Origin: a virus
IMG/VR virus record: IMGVR_UViG_3300027728_000006
Span: 32,001-96,000 of that record
Direction: 5' to 3' (one strand)
DNA length: 64,000 bases
Under the pieces are notes generated by a model. It saw only the letters and a list, made by a program, of their open reading frames with translations, had not been told where the DNA came from and ran no database searches. The position numbers and the translations under genes are program-made. Below are positions 39,801-49,773 of the stretch, one piece after another; position 1 is the stretch's first letter; each line of letters starts with the position of its first letter.

Positions 39801-41620
39801 ATATAAGATTCTAAAGGATTTTCAGGAGAAATACCACTAACTAAAAACGGCTTATAAACCTCTAAATTATTATCATTAATTTTAAAATAACCAGTATTAA
39901 AGGGCAATTCGGAAATTTCCAAATCCAAAGACGGAAAGTCGCCATCGCAGGCATCAAAAAGTATTTCCACAGTTCTTTCCTTTGGGTCTATAAATCCATA
40001 TAAACTTTTTTTATCTCCATCTTTAAACTCCCCCTTGATTGGATCAAATTCAGAAATATCCTGAACCTGAGCGTCCTCATTCTTTCCACTCATTAAATAC
40101 CAACTAATATATTTTTTAATCCTATTAACTCCTGGTTCTAAATATGAAAAATTTCCAAGCCAAAAACCGGTGCTAGTTTCGCCAGTAGCCAAAACAAAGC
40201 CAGGAAAATTATTAAAAGGAAATGTAAAAAAACCAGTTCCATAAGCGGTTGGAGTAGCAAATTTTATTGTTTCAAGTTCTGCGCCTGTATAATTTCCAGT
40301 AATTGTAAACTCATTATTAGCATTGTAAGAATACGTTCCACCAGATGGACTGTAAGTAAAATTGCCACTATTAAAATTGTCACCCGTAAGAATATAGCCG
40401 CTTACGTTTTCTCCAAAAACATTTCTACCAGTCAAACTTCCAGTAATACCGCCAATGTTAATAGTTTGACTAAGTCTAGAAATTGTCCCACTAACTCTGG
40501 CTGGAGCAAATCCAGACCCAAGAATTAACTGCTGGACACTTCCACTTCCAAGCACGGGTATTTCTATTTCAGTTAGTTGCTCAAAATATCCAGTTGCTTT
40601 AAAATTTTTAAAAAAAACATTCCCAGAGCCAGAGCCAAATTCATATTGATTTAAAATAGAGTTGAATCCAGAAACCAATCCAGTTTTATATGCAGATAAA
40701 TCTCCAGACCCAGATACAAAGCCAGAAACCAATTGTCCCTGAATAAGCTTGCTTCTATTTATATCTAAAAAAACAGATCCAGTAAATCCACTAATATATT
40801 CTAAAGAAATTTTAAAATCTGATTTAGAACTATTTAAAAAATACGAAGAATATCTATTGATTTCATCATTAGAAATAGTTGTATTATTTGGAGATATTAA
40901 CAAGTAAAAACCTTGTTCGGATAATGGAATTCCAGAGGCTTGGAATGTATATGAAAAATCTCCAAAATTTGTATTAAATACTACTGGAAAAGAATAATCC
41001 CCCCTTACAAAATTCACAGGAACTATTTCAAAAATCTCCTCAGAATATGAAATTATCTCTCTAGGGAACTGAGCTGGAGAATCCTTAAAAGAAAAATTAC
41101 CGTCAATAACTTGACCAGAGTAAATGAAAATATCTAATGGATTTGGATTATTTAACTTTAATTGAATTGGTGTCAAACCCTGTTCAAAAAAAGATCCAGA
41201 AGAACTGTAAGCTTTTTGACCATAACTAGTTGAATCATACCCAGTTGGATAATCCCCCTCAACAAAAAAATCAACATAAGAACTAGATGCTTGGTCTGTA
41301 TTAAAATAAAAGTAAGAATAATTATTAGATTGCTTTGCCTGACCAATATACACTGGAGCATTATTTATAAAAAAATCATTTGACGTAGGACCAACATTAC
41401 CCGAAAGTTCAACAACTTGATTCGAAGCATAGGAACCAACATTATTACCTAAATTATCATATATCTTACTATTTTTAAACGACCACTCTAAAACTCCGCT
41501 CTTTCCAGAAAAACCAAAATCAAAATAAGAAGAATTTTCATTAATTGAAATATTTGATCTCCAGGCGAAGAACCCAGTTTGCTCATATATTTTTCTTTTT
41601 TTGAATCCAGAAATTTCCAT
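36821..41620 (-). CDS. large tail/baseplate structural protein with Calx-beta-like and Cys-rich C-terminal domains
   Basis: 1599 aa, SG/TG-rich; last gene of the tail operon. Confidence 0.65.
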   Translation of the reverse strand: MEISGFKKRKIYEQTGFFAWRSNISINENSSYFDFGFSGKSGVLEWSFKNSKIYDNLGNNVGSYASNQVVELSGNVGPTSNDFFINNAPVYIGQAKQSNNYSYFYFNTDQASSSYVDFFVEGDYPTGYDSTSYGQKAYSSSGSFFEQGLTPIQLKLNNPNPLDIFIYSGQVIDGNFSFKDSPAQFPREIISYSEEIFEIVPVNFVRGDYSFPVVFNTNFGDFSYTFQASGIPLSEQGFYLLISPNNTTISNDEINRYSSYFLNSSKSDFKISLEYISGFTGSVFLDINRSKLIQGQLVSGFVSGSGDLSAYKTGLVSGFNSILNQYEFGSGSGNVFFKNFKATGYFEQLTEIEIPVLGSGSVQQLILGSGFAPARVSGTISRLSQTINIGGITGSLTGRNVFGENVSGYILTGDNFNSGNFTYSPSGGTYSYNANNEFTITGNYTGAELETIKFATPTAYGTGFFTFPFNNFPGFVLATGETSTGFWLGNFSYLEPGVNRIKKYISWYLMSGKNEDAQVQDISEFDPIKGEFKDGDKKSLYGFIDPKERTVEILFDACDGDFPSLDLEISELPFNTGYFKINDNNLEVYKPFLVSGISPENPLESYINNSNFLTKSGNFYGKLDFYNESGLFVGDLDIGTSTPTGGRVRISRLYPSISGSGFFNNPIQSFFSSSPTPVSTGGLTGSKVKLNSLDGWREYMNSYPVLTQSFNFLSGFNVSGELFFDDISDESLVDFSIKEKSCDLVKSDFKFEIKKENCYVDFDLFKESKHCKNYNATPSQVVNYSFNEPVGAFLNDNYQLYLSNGVSGLFSNSSLVKNCDGSGCTGLGNYILYVTGISGCSPNELYFTGFYSGVVQKRYTFASTGYIKKYFNGTEIDTEEFYYQDLAFGVNKIPLGGGFTTFTGQNGELVSGLIINPPNYNRGVEGTYIDYDYPPVAYNCYGSGCRIFTGKMYSGEYSYDVNENTGVGGSFSGIFKKYILEQGLYSYSGESRVIEETIKKKVDFGYVYDCDEDRYILKNFNENPEYEYFGKYNKNFYGVSGKYLLNNNYELRTGDCFDAGCTGGYGYYYGYSLQLADDENFYGEIITNFQGYNYDASDISGISRGNISFFNCSGYDTRNEKIKTLKSQPFSNEQIQEKSNFFSFNDYLASGNYLLKIKYGKPTGGFNPPSEPLPSYLSFSKTSYSGCEKDQMVSYTINLTGWRDYNFSGLISYQKWAPTINGTGAEYLESSEIYPSGYFTKIPFIINNAETGLKLGQILENEGDMERVEGFKLKITPIGSYPFLQIGNDEANFIITDDDINEAYNCIPSEPPLPPDSIAPCCLPTLCVETTQEQCGRLGGKFLTGGLRCHPGICDDIPFTPPAGPVAGPVAGPVAGPVAGPAAVAGPVVLLAAPLSFPPNPFGGSGPGGAPGAPGAPKAGPSVQQGCYIELYLSCWSDNSSCLDFSIYGVCSVTAIPRAPIGKRLNVNSCNTCVQCVALSMNKAINIDSGRSSFMLIPGASKTFNVFKLRNSSAVVSDSDCRNGRVGSEGELSAPIRVSCLGCGAADAYTSFSSDCCAQNLWTKEVDTGSLCADGKTPRRKRCHQLCRRSTTNCDEYYA
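37461..37535. repeat. 12-bp tandem repeat GGTCCAGCAACA (encodes AGPV units)
   Basis: 4 consecutive full copies 37479-37526, a partial copy to 37535, and one more at 37461. Confidence 0.9.
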
Positions 41621-41621
41621 A

Positions 41622-44489
41622 CTAATTAGAAGGTAAACTTGAAGGTCTGTAATCAGAATTTAAATTCCCACCGATAGATTTATGAGCCAGTCTGTAAGTG
41701 AGGGCTTCTATTATTTTATTTAAAAAATTAGATTCTGGAATTTGTTTGTATTTCGAGGATAGGGTATAACTGGTTTTTGGACCATCGTCTCCAATTGTTA
41801 TATTGACAGTATCAAGACCCTCTTCTATTGAGTATTTTTTTGGAAAAACTCCATATAATGTAAAGTCAACGGTTTTTTTATTTTCAGAGTTTGAGTACTT
41901 TAAATAAGAATATGCCCTATCATGAGCTTCTTGAATTTTTTTCAAATCCGCCGCGCAAGCTCCTTTCTTTAATTCTTTTTCTACTTGACTTAACTCATTA
42001 AAATAAAAATCATGTTTCATCGTTACCTCTGGAATATCGCCAACAAATGGAACCTGATATTTTGGTATGCGAACTGAAATATTATAAGATTGCTTGATTC
42101 TCACTTTATAAAACTCTTTAGCGTCTCCATCTGGATTATCCGCAGGATTTACATCCAATAAGTTTTTTTTCGGAGCTGCCATAAAATCTCTAAACTTTTC
42201 AGTTTCCTCCGCCATTTTGTCCTTCAAGCTCTTCTTGACCGCCTCCTTCTCCTTGAAAAAAGAACCGCCCACCGGCATCATAAAATTAAAACCGTCGAAT
42301 GTTACCCATCTGCACTTATCTCCGGTTAAACCAGAAGCACCAGTTATTAATCTTTTTTCATAAGGCTTATCGCTTTCTCTTGACTGACCCAGCAAAGTTC
42401 TTTTTATTTTTTTCATTTGCTTGGTTTCATAAAAATTAGAAATCTCTTTTTTAGTAACAGGAAACGCGGTACCATTTCTTGCCTCCCTAACGCAGTATAT
42501 TCTAATATTTTTATTATTTTTAGCCACATCCTTGAATTTGCTCAACCTCATCAAAGCGTCCGGCCTACCATCCTGACCCACTAACCACATTCCAAAGTTA
42601 TTTGTCAAATAATCAACTGAATCCTGGTAATACTCTGTGTCGCCGCTATGCGGAAACCATTTAGCATCCCTTTCGGCGACTATGAGATTTTTTTTAATTT
42701 TATATTCCTTTTGAACTGTTCCAGATTCTTCCTCGACTGTAAATTTAGATGTCTCCTCACTCTCGTCATTTTTCACCTCATCCAGTAGTTTATTTATATA
42801 AGACCCTGGCTTGTGACCAAATCCAGCAAGAGGATGACCAACCACGCCAGATCCAGCTTCTAAAAATTCAGCAGAGGCATCTGGAGCTTGAATAGAAATA
42901 TCAGGAGAGTTATCATCACCGCCCGCAATTATTGGAGAATATACTCGATACCAAAATTTTCCCATAAAGTTATTTGCAATATTTGCATCTTGATCAAACC
43001 TAGAAGACAAATCGTCTAAACTATTCTCTACTACTAAAAAATAATATTTTGAAGCTTCGCCCTGCTTCTTGCCTTCTTCTATTATAATTTTAGACCTCTC
43101 ATCCCCCATTTGACTCAATATGGTATTCCAGCCATCAGTATTAACTCCATCTGGAGATCCGGTTGGTCCAATTACGTCTAAAATTTTCATATTTCCAAGC
43201 TCTTTTAAGATTTTGTCTTCTTTTTTCTTAGTAATAGTTGAATTTAATGAGCCGCCAGTCCAAATTGAATACGGCTTCTCCTCTTCTTTATCTAACGCGC
43301 CCTCCACAGGAATAGGAAGAATACTATCTACCGCAGCCTTCATATCTAATATTTTATAATGATTATAAAACCAAAAAATCTCCCTCAACGAGCTACTATA
43401 ATAACTTAAAGCCACAGACATTTCATGTGATTCTAAATACTCCTCATCAACAATATCTTGAGCATTTTTAATCACAGCTATTAATCCAGCGCTATCTTTT
43501 GCATCCGATATTATATCGCTTGCATACAATGGATAAAGTGTTAATATTCTATCATCTTCACAAGTATAAGATTGCTCGGAACCTTGTCTTTCATAATAAG
43601 AAATAACCCCTCTCGAACTAGTCTCTTCGCAAGACACCGTTTCAGAATAATCACTAAGATCTTTATATTTTTCTTCTAAATTTAGATCGATGGGGGATTT
43701 TAAATCTAAAAAAATTAATTCATTTGTTTCAAAATTCCAATAAAATGTAAAACCAAAATCAGAACACCAACTTTGAAGCACAGACCTTAATGATCCAACG
43801 TACTCTTTTGGATTTTTTTTAAAATCTTCCTCGTCAGGTCTATTTTTAATTTTTATTACTCCAGTAGTACTTATTTTATCTAATAATTCGTTGAAGGTAT
43901 ATTTAACCTCATATATCTGCATGTCTAAATCTGGATCTTGAACGCAAGACAAACCGTATTTATCAGGCGGAGCAAATGGACATGGATCACACCAATCTAT
44001 TTTTATTTGATCTTCTTTTCCTTGAACTGTAGAGTCAAAGTCAGTATCACAAGGATGATATTCTTTTCCAACTATTATAAGATATTTAGATATTGCTCCA
44101 GCTTTTGACGGACTTCCATATGACTCATAACCTTCTCTTTTTCTATTTATACCATGTCTATTATGCAATCCAACATACCATCTGTCCAACTCAAAGCTAT
44201 TGTCAATATACTTCAATTCTAAAGTAGAAAGGTCAGGAGTTATATTTTTAGTATATGAAACTAATTTCCCCTTAAAAGTCAAATTATTAGATATTTTAAT
44301 CGACTCCGATCCGCCAGAACTAGCTGAAATTTTAGGATCAGAATAATTCCCATTTTCACTAACAATTCTTACCGTTAGAGAGCTTGGAGATTCCGGCCCG
44401 CCAACACTGCAAGAAAGATTATAAACATAACCTCCAAACATTCTTTTCCCAAGAACTGAATCTCTTTCAATTTCAATAATTTTCGACAT
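41622..44489 (-). CDS. putative tail tip/baseplate hub protein
   Basis: 955 aa; GSLRSVLQSWCSDFGFTFYW resembles hub (gp27/Tal-like) proteins; lies downstream of the TMP. Confidence 0.5.
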   Translation of the reverse strand: MSKIIEIERDSVLGKRMFGGYVYNLSCSVGGPESPSSLTVRIVSENGNYSDPKISASSGGSESIKISNNLTFKGKLVSYTKNITPDLSTLELKYIDNSFELDRWYVGLHNRHGINRKREGYESYGSPSKAGAISKYLIIVGKEYHPCDTDFDSTVQGKEDQIKIDWCDPCPFAPPDKYGLSCVQDPDLDMQIYEVKYTFNELLDKISTTGVIKIKNRPDEEDFKKNPKEYVGSLRSVLQSWCSDFGFTFYWNFETNELIFLDLKSPIDLNLEEKYKDLSDYSETVSCEETSSRGVISYYERQGSEQSYTCEDDRILTLYPLYASDIISDAKDSAGLIAVIKNAQDIVDEEYLESHEMSVALSYYSSSLREIFWFYNHYKILDMKAAVDSILPIPVEGALDKEEEKPYSIWTGGSLNSTITKKKEDKILKELGNMKILDVIGPTGSPDGVNTDGWNTILSQMGDERSKIIIEEGKKQGEASKYYFLVVENSLDDLSSRFDQDANIANNFMGKFWYRVYSPIIAGGDDNSPDISIQAPDASAEFLEAGSGVVGHPLAGFGHKPGSYINKLLDEVKNDESEETSKFTVEEESGTVQKEYKIKKNLIVAERDAKWFPHSGDTEYYQDSVDYLTNNFGMWLVGQDGRPDALMRLSKFKDVAKNNKNIRIYCVREARNGTAFPVTKKEISNFYETKQMKKIKRTLLGQSRESDKPYEKRLITGASGLTGDKCRWVTFDGFNFMMPVGGSFFKEKEAVKKSLKDKMAEETEKFRDFMAAPKKNLLDVNPADNPDGDAKEFYKVRIKQSYNISVRIPKYQVPFVGDIPEVTMKHDFYFNELSQVEKELKKGACAADLKKIQEAHDRAYSYLKYSNSENKKTVDFTLYGVFPKKYSIEEGLDTVNITIGDDGPKTSYTLSSKYKQIPESNFLNKIIEALTYRLAHKSIGGNLNSDYRPSSLPSN

Positions 44490-44531
44490 TTAAAAAGCCT
44501 TTTTTCCTTTATATTATATACCTACAAAAAC

Positions 44532-46376
44532 TTAATTTTCAAAAAAATTAGAATTGTTATTATATAATACACCCTTTAATTCGTTTAAATTACCAAAATT
44601 ATGAAAAAGATCACTTGAAGAGCCCTCAAAAAAATCTTTATTTTTTTCTAACTTCATTCCATTAAGATAACAATCTAAAGAATTTTGTTTAAATCTGCCT
44701 TCATTTCTTACAAAAAAGCCACTCGAAGAATTTATTTCCTGAAATCCACCACTTATATCTTTTATGACCGTAAGAACTCCACTTTCACCATCGAAAAGAT
44801 CGCAGCAATTCGAAAAGAACATTGAGTTGCCAGATACCTTTATTCGATTTTGCTCAAGCGACAAATCTGAAGAATTGCCAGTATGTAATTTTTGACCATT
44901 AAAAAAAACTACATTATTAGTACCAGTAGATATAAATCTATGCCCAGTTCCTGAAAGGTGTTTAAAATTATCAAAAATAGAAATAGATTTATAATTTAAA
45001 AAATCGACACTTATGTTATCGTTTCTATCATAACTTTCGTTAGAAAATACGAATCCTCCCGAAATATAATAATCTCTATCCTGCGTGATATATGGACTAT
45101 AGAAATCTCCAGTCAAACTATAAGCTCCACTATTTTGAAACATGCCACCAAGATAAAGCAAAAAACCCTTATTTTGTCCAACAAAGAATCCCTTATTAAT
45201 TCTATCATAGTTTAAAATTTTATCTTTGATAATTTGATTTTCTCGAACGTCACTCCCAAGATTTTTCTGAAAATTCCAAGAGAAAGCGTCAACATTTTGA
45301 TCTAATGGATAGGCGGAAATGCCTTTCGTCATTCCAAAAGTACCAGCGAAACCCGTATCAAATTCAAGCTCGATCCTCTTTTCTCCAGAAAAAACCGGAT
45401 ATAAAACTTCGCCAGTCAGTGCAATCAAATCCAACCCAGACTCCACATAATACATCGGCTGTTTAGAATAACCAGTGAAAACATTTCCAAATATATCAGT
45501 AATTTCTCCAGTTACAACAACGTCGTACCCAGTAATTCCACTTGAAACCGGAACAAATCCACTTATATAACCAGTTATTTCGATGCTAGGAGCCATCCCA
45601 GAAAATTCCCCAGTTAAAAATGGCTCACAAATAAAACCACTAGAAATATATTTAAAATTAGTTTCATCAACCGCGCGATTTAAAAATAAAAAAGATTCTA
45701 TATATCCACTCTTATATGGCTTATTGTAAAATAAACCAGAAAAATTCTCGTTTATAGTTCCAATTTTCCAATTTTTTGAAGTTGGCGCAAATGGTTTATT
45801 AAAAAAATAATTTTCAACTATCGCTGAACTTGAAAAGTAATCATATTTCCCTAAAGATAGTGATCCGTTAGAATAAGATACCATCAGGCAATTATTTTCT
45901 CCCAATTGAGAATTCAAGCAATAGGAATTAACCCCACCGTCATCTCTATTTTCAAAATATAATTTATTAGCGTCATTTATTCCAAAAGAAAATCCCTTAT
46001 ACAAATTAGATCCGCCCAATTGTTCTACTTCTAAATTAGAAAAAATAACACCTTTTGCGCCACTTGCAATAAACACAAATCCAAAACTTTCATTATAATC
46101 GCTAGCCGTTTTAAATCCACTAGTCCATCCATTTCCAGTATTAGTTTTAATCCCAAGAATTCGACTAGAATTAAAGTATCCATTATGAGAAAGCAATCCA
46201 GCATTGGAAGTACTTCCAGACAAGATATCTAATGAAAAATTCTCTCCGTCTCCAGTATATCCAATACTATGGACAGGATAACTTGAATTATTTTTCAAAT
46301 TAAAATACAATAAACAATTTTCAATTGGAATATATCCAAAATTTTCCAAAAAATAAAATGTACCAGTTTTAGCCAT
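44532..46376 (-). CDS. virion structural protein (LamG/lectin-like N-terminus)
   Basis: 614 aa, beta-rich, SG/TG-rich; in the tail module. Confidence 0.45.
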   Translation of the reverse strand: MAKTGTFYFLENFGYIPIENCLLYFNLKNNSSYPVHSIGYTGDGENFSLDILSGSTSNAGLLSHNGYFNSSRILGIKTNTGNGWTSGFKTASDYNESFGFVFIASGAKGVIFSNLEVEQLGGSNLYKGFSFGINDANKLYFENRDDGGVNSYCLNSQLGENNCLMVSYSNGSLSLGKYDYFSSSAIVENYFFNKPFAPTSKNWKIGTINENFSGLFYNKPYKSGYIESFLFLNRAVDETNFKYISSGFICEPFLTGEFSGMAPSIEITGYISGFVPVSSGITGYDVVVTGEITDIFGNVFTGYSKQPMYYVESGLDLIALTGEVLYPVFSGEKRIELEFDTGFAGTFGMTKGISAYPLDQNVDAFSWNFQKNLGSDVRENQIIKDKILNYDRINKGFFVGQNKGFLLYLGGMFQNSGAYSLTGDFYSPYITQDRDYYISGGFVFSNESYDRNDNISVDFLNYKSISIFDNFKHLSGTGHRFISTGTNNVVFFNGQKLHTGNSSDLSLEQNRIKVSGNSMFFSNCCDLFDGESGVLTVIKDISGGFQEINSSSGFFVRNEGRFKQNSLDCYLNGMKLEKNKDFFEGSSSDLFHNFGNLNELKGVLYNNNSNFFEN

Positions 46377-46389
46377 AATAAAAAATATT

Positions 46390-48042
46390 TTAAGTTTTCA
46401 AATCGAAAAAAAGATCATCATTCTGATCAGCCTCAAATGAAATAGTTGCATTAAAATTATAGGTTTGGCCAGACGCAAGATCCCTTGTAACCTTAACATC
46501 TTCAATAAAAATTTGTCCAGAATTTTTTATATATTTTCTTATAATCGAGATGCTCATATTTTTTATTTCCGAATAAAGTTCAGACGCTTCGCAAACTTTA
46601 TTAGTATTCAGTGATCCATTTATTGAAACCTGAGGTCTTGTTTTGCAATTTATGCCAACCACCTTAGCTCCATCATATACAGTTTGAATCGGAAGTATAA
46701 TATTTTTTGAAAAACTGGTTTGCAAATTGAAATCTAAATTTTTAAAATCCCTCCAAACACTCCTAGGATTTACCTCCATAAATGAAGCATTGATAGAAAT
46801 TACACAATTTCTTTCATCAAAAGACAAGCTGTGCGATTTCGGATAATTTTCCAATGGTCCACCGCCCTCATTAGATAATTCCTTTTGACACAAACCTTTA
46901 ATATTCAAAGTTTCATAAAAATCTTTTAATTCACTCCATTTATTTTTTTGACTATTTTTCCCCTTAATTGTAATTGAAGCTGAAATTTCATGCAATTCAG
47001 AAAGATTATCATAAGATATTGAGTAGTCCGCATCCATATAAACCGATGATGCGCCCATGTCAGAATCAAAAGAGCAAGAAAAAGACAGTGAAAGCTCCAC
47101 TTCTTTTTCGTCTATTTTTAAATTCAACATATTAGGGTTAAGGGACAATGAATATTTCTTTCTAAAAAAAGAATTAGCCAAATTATAAAGATCTAATTTT
47201 GAAAAAGCCTCTCTAATTTTTTCCATATTTGAAAAATTGCCATTATCCCCATCCAATCCACCCTGGACAGATCCATTCAAGCTGGTGCTGTAAATACCAG
47301 ATTGCTCATCGTAACTTGTTTCAACAGAAAAATTCAATACACAGCCACTATTTGGCGCTCTAGAGTCACAAATATACTTCTTAACTAAAGAGTAAGATGA
47401 CTGCAATCTATCAACCTGCTCCTCCACAGAAGTCAATACCGGATTTTGAATAATTCCATTTCTTGCTATTCTACTTGTAGCAATTCCATCCCCTAGAACA
47501 CATTTATCGGCAACGTAATTTATTGCATTTTGCAATGGACTAATAGATGTCTTAAACCCAACCGCCGAAACAGAATGAGTAATGGAAATTTGACCGTCCT
47601 TACCTTCTGAATATTGGATCTCATCCGATTGATCTAAAACGCCAAAAGATTCAAAAAAATATCTTTCGTCAAAAGTCTCAAAAGTTATAGAGTATGGCTT
47701 TATAATTACAGTCTTGTCTTCCTCTAATTCAAATGCGGTTACCTTTGCAAAATTTTTCTTAAAAAGAGTACTGCCATTTTGTTTAATTTCAAACTCTTTA
47801 AAATCTTTACTTAAGCGGCTAAATAAAGTGTTGCTTTTGTTAATTAATTGTCCATAGCTATTTTTACAAAAATCATCCAAACCCATATTCCCAGTTATAA
47901 GTCCATTTAATGTAAAAGTTTCTTTTGCTACAAAACCTGCGCCATATCTAACTGGTTCAAAATTTCTAGAAACAAGAGGAGTTGGTCCAATTCCTGAAAA
48001 CAGATCTTTTCCATCATAAAAAATTGATACTTGATCTTCCAT
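46390..48042 (-). CDS. putative tail structural protein
   Basis: 550 aa with repeated beta-strand units; downstream of the TMP. Confidence 0.5.
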   Translation of the reverse strand: MEDQVSIFYDGKDLFSGIGPTPLVSRNFEPVRYGAGFVAKETFTLNGLITGNMGLDDFCKNSYGQLINKSNTLFSRLSKDFKEFEIKQNGSTLFKKNFAKVTAFELEEDKTVIIKPYSITFETFDERYFFESFGVLDQSDEIQYSEGKDGQISITHSVSAVGFKTSISPLQNAINYVADKCVLGDGIATSRIARNGIIQNPVLTSVEEQVDRLQSSYSLVKKYICDSRAPNSGCVLNFSVETSYDEQSGIYSTSLNGSVQGGLDGDNGNFSNMEKIREAFSKLDLYNLANSFFRKKYSLSLNPNMLNLKIDEKEVELSLSFSCSFDSDMGASSVYMDADYSISYDNLSELHEISASITIKGKNSQKNKWSELKDFYETLNIKGLCQKELSNEGGGPLENYPKSHSLSFDERNCVISINASFMEVNPRSVWRDFKNLDFNLQTSFSKNIILPIQTVYDGAKVVGINCKTRPQVSINGSLNTNKVCEASELYSEIKNMSISIIRKYIKNSGQIFIEDVKVTRDLASGQTYNFNATISFEADQNDDLFFDLKT

Positions 48043-48049
48043 TATTTAC

Positions 48050-49765
48050 TTAGCCTCCAGTTGGTTTAAAAGATTGAACGCTTAAAGAAATTGATTTACT
48101 AATTGGATTAAAAGAATATGAAGCGCTTTCAACATAAAAAGACGAATCGATGCAAAGTTGTTTTAAAATATTTTTTAATTTATTTTTATTTTCTAAAAAA
48201 TCTAAACTATTGGAACTGGCTATGGCAGAGACCGAAGAAGATTTTTTTTCATGTATAAAATTTTGATTTTTAACTTGTTTTATTTCTCTCAAATTTGGTA
48301 CAACTAGATTTGACGAAAGTTTTATTTGCTCATCAGCTTGCGTTTCAGAACTATAATTCAAACTTTTAAAATTATAATCCTGTCCCCTTTTTCTAGAAAT
48401 ATCGTCAGTATAGGTAAAGGAATAATTGACAGTTCCAAGTCTATTTGATTTAGTAACAGACCAATTGTTTAAATATAAAGTATTGCTACATTGCCTATTG
48501 TGCCTTTTATTGTAAAAATTTAATATTCTCGTAGGTGTAGAATTATTAATAATCGAGGTTTTAACACCTCCCCAAAATAAATTTGCGCTAATTTGTTTTT
48601 GCTTTGAACCCTCTAACAAATCAGATCCAATTATACTTCCAGATTCTGTAACCGTAGTAACATCTTGATCGCTTGTTTGTAAGTCCATCTTATATTCCCA
48701 GTACGCAGTCTGATTTCCCACATATCCACTGCCATCTTGATAATCTTTAGAGAAAAATAAATCATTTGTATATGTAACAGAATAAGAAACAAAACCCGCT
48801 TTATCGGAAATGGAAAAAATTTTACTAATAGGCTTGGTAAATAAAGTTGCCGAAGTTTGTACATTTCCATGAGAATTTTTTGCATTATTGTAAATCGAAT
48901 TGCACCTTGCAAAAGACGAAAGCATATCAGTCCTTGCAAAAGATATCATTTCATTCGTCTTGTTCCACTTTGCATTAAATTCAGCCGATTCAGTGATCTT
49001 TATTACCCCACCATTGTCAGACTCAAAAGAGCTGGTTCTAGATTTTAAGAAATTATCTACGCTTCCAGACTCCAAATCATTCAATTCATAATTCTTTTCA
49101 AAAGAGCAATCTCCAGTTATTCTATTGAAATTTTCATTATAGTATGTGTTATATGTAACTTTTTGGTTTCCCCAGTATAACGCTGCAAAATCTTCAGACT
49201 CCAGAAGGATTGCCGCAACTCCCTTTACAATATCTATATTACTTCTTGTATCATCGCCAAATATTGCCGTCATTCCCACCCTATGAGAATAAGATTTATT
49301 TTTATAATTAGAACTGAAACTAAAAGATTCTTGAATTGAATCAGCAAAAACCAATAGCCCCATTAAATCTTCGCTATTTTCTGGTTGATATTCACCCAAC
49401 GAATCTAAAGACCCCTCTTCATATACTGTAAAAGAAGCCGAGTATTGTTTTAAACGAACGTCACTTCCCTCCGAAAAAGAAATAGAATTTACGAAACCTT
49501 TTCCAAAATTAAAATTATTTATAATTATATCATGCAGTTTAACACTCTCTTCTGGATTATCAATTAAAAAAACGCGCACTATCGCATCCTCTAATTCAGA
49601 AGTTATCCCGCTTACCCCTACTGTATTAGCCAAATTCAACAAATTTCCAGAAACCGAAATCTCCTTGGTTATTCTATAACGAAAAGATTCGCCCAAAAAG
49701 TTAAATCTTCTTGACATGCCCAGCGTGCTAGATAAACTATTTTCTGTATCAATCCTTATTTCCAT
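48050..49765 (-). CDS. putative tail structural protein
   Basis: 571 aa, immediately downstream of the TMP; pattern similar to 46390-48042. Confidence 0.5.
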   Translation of the reverse strand: MEIRIDTENSLSSTLGMSRRFNFLGESFRYRITKEISVSGNLLNLANTVGVSGITSELEDAIVRVFLIDNPEESVKLHDIIINNFNFGKGFVNSISFSEGSDVRLKQYSASFTVYEEGSLDSLGEYQPENSEDLMGLLVFADSIQESFSFSSNYKNKSYSHRVGMTAIFGDDTRSNIDIVKGVAAILLESEDFAALYWGNQKVTYNTYYNENFNRITGDCSFEKNYELNDLESGSVDNFLKSRTSSFESDNGGVIKITESAEFNAKWNKTNEMISFARTDMLSSFARCNSIYNNAKNSHGNVQTSATLFTKPISKIFSISDKAGFVSYSVTYTNDLFFSKDYQDGSGYVGNQTAYWEYKMDLQTSDQDVTTVTESGSIIGSDLLEGSKQKQISANLFWGGVKTSIINNSTPTRILNFYNKRHNRQCSNTLYLNNWSVTKSNRLGTVNYSFTYTDDISRKRGQDYNFKSLNYSSETQADEQIKLSSNLVVPNLREIKQVKNQNFIHEKKSSSVSAIASSNSLDFLENKNKLKNILKQLCIDSSFYVESASYSFNPISKSISLSVQSFKPTGG

Positions 49766-49773
49766 AATAAATA

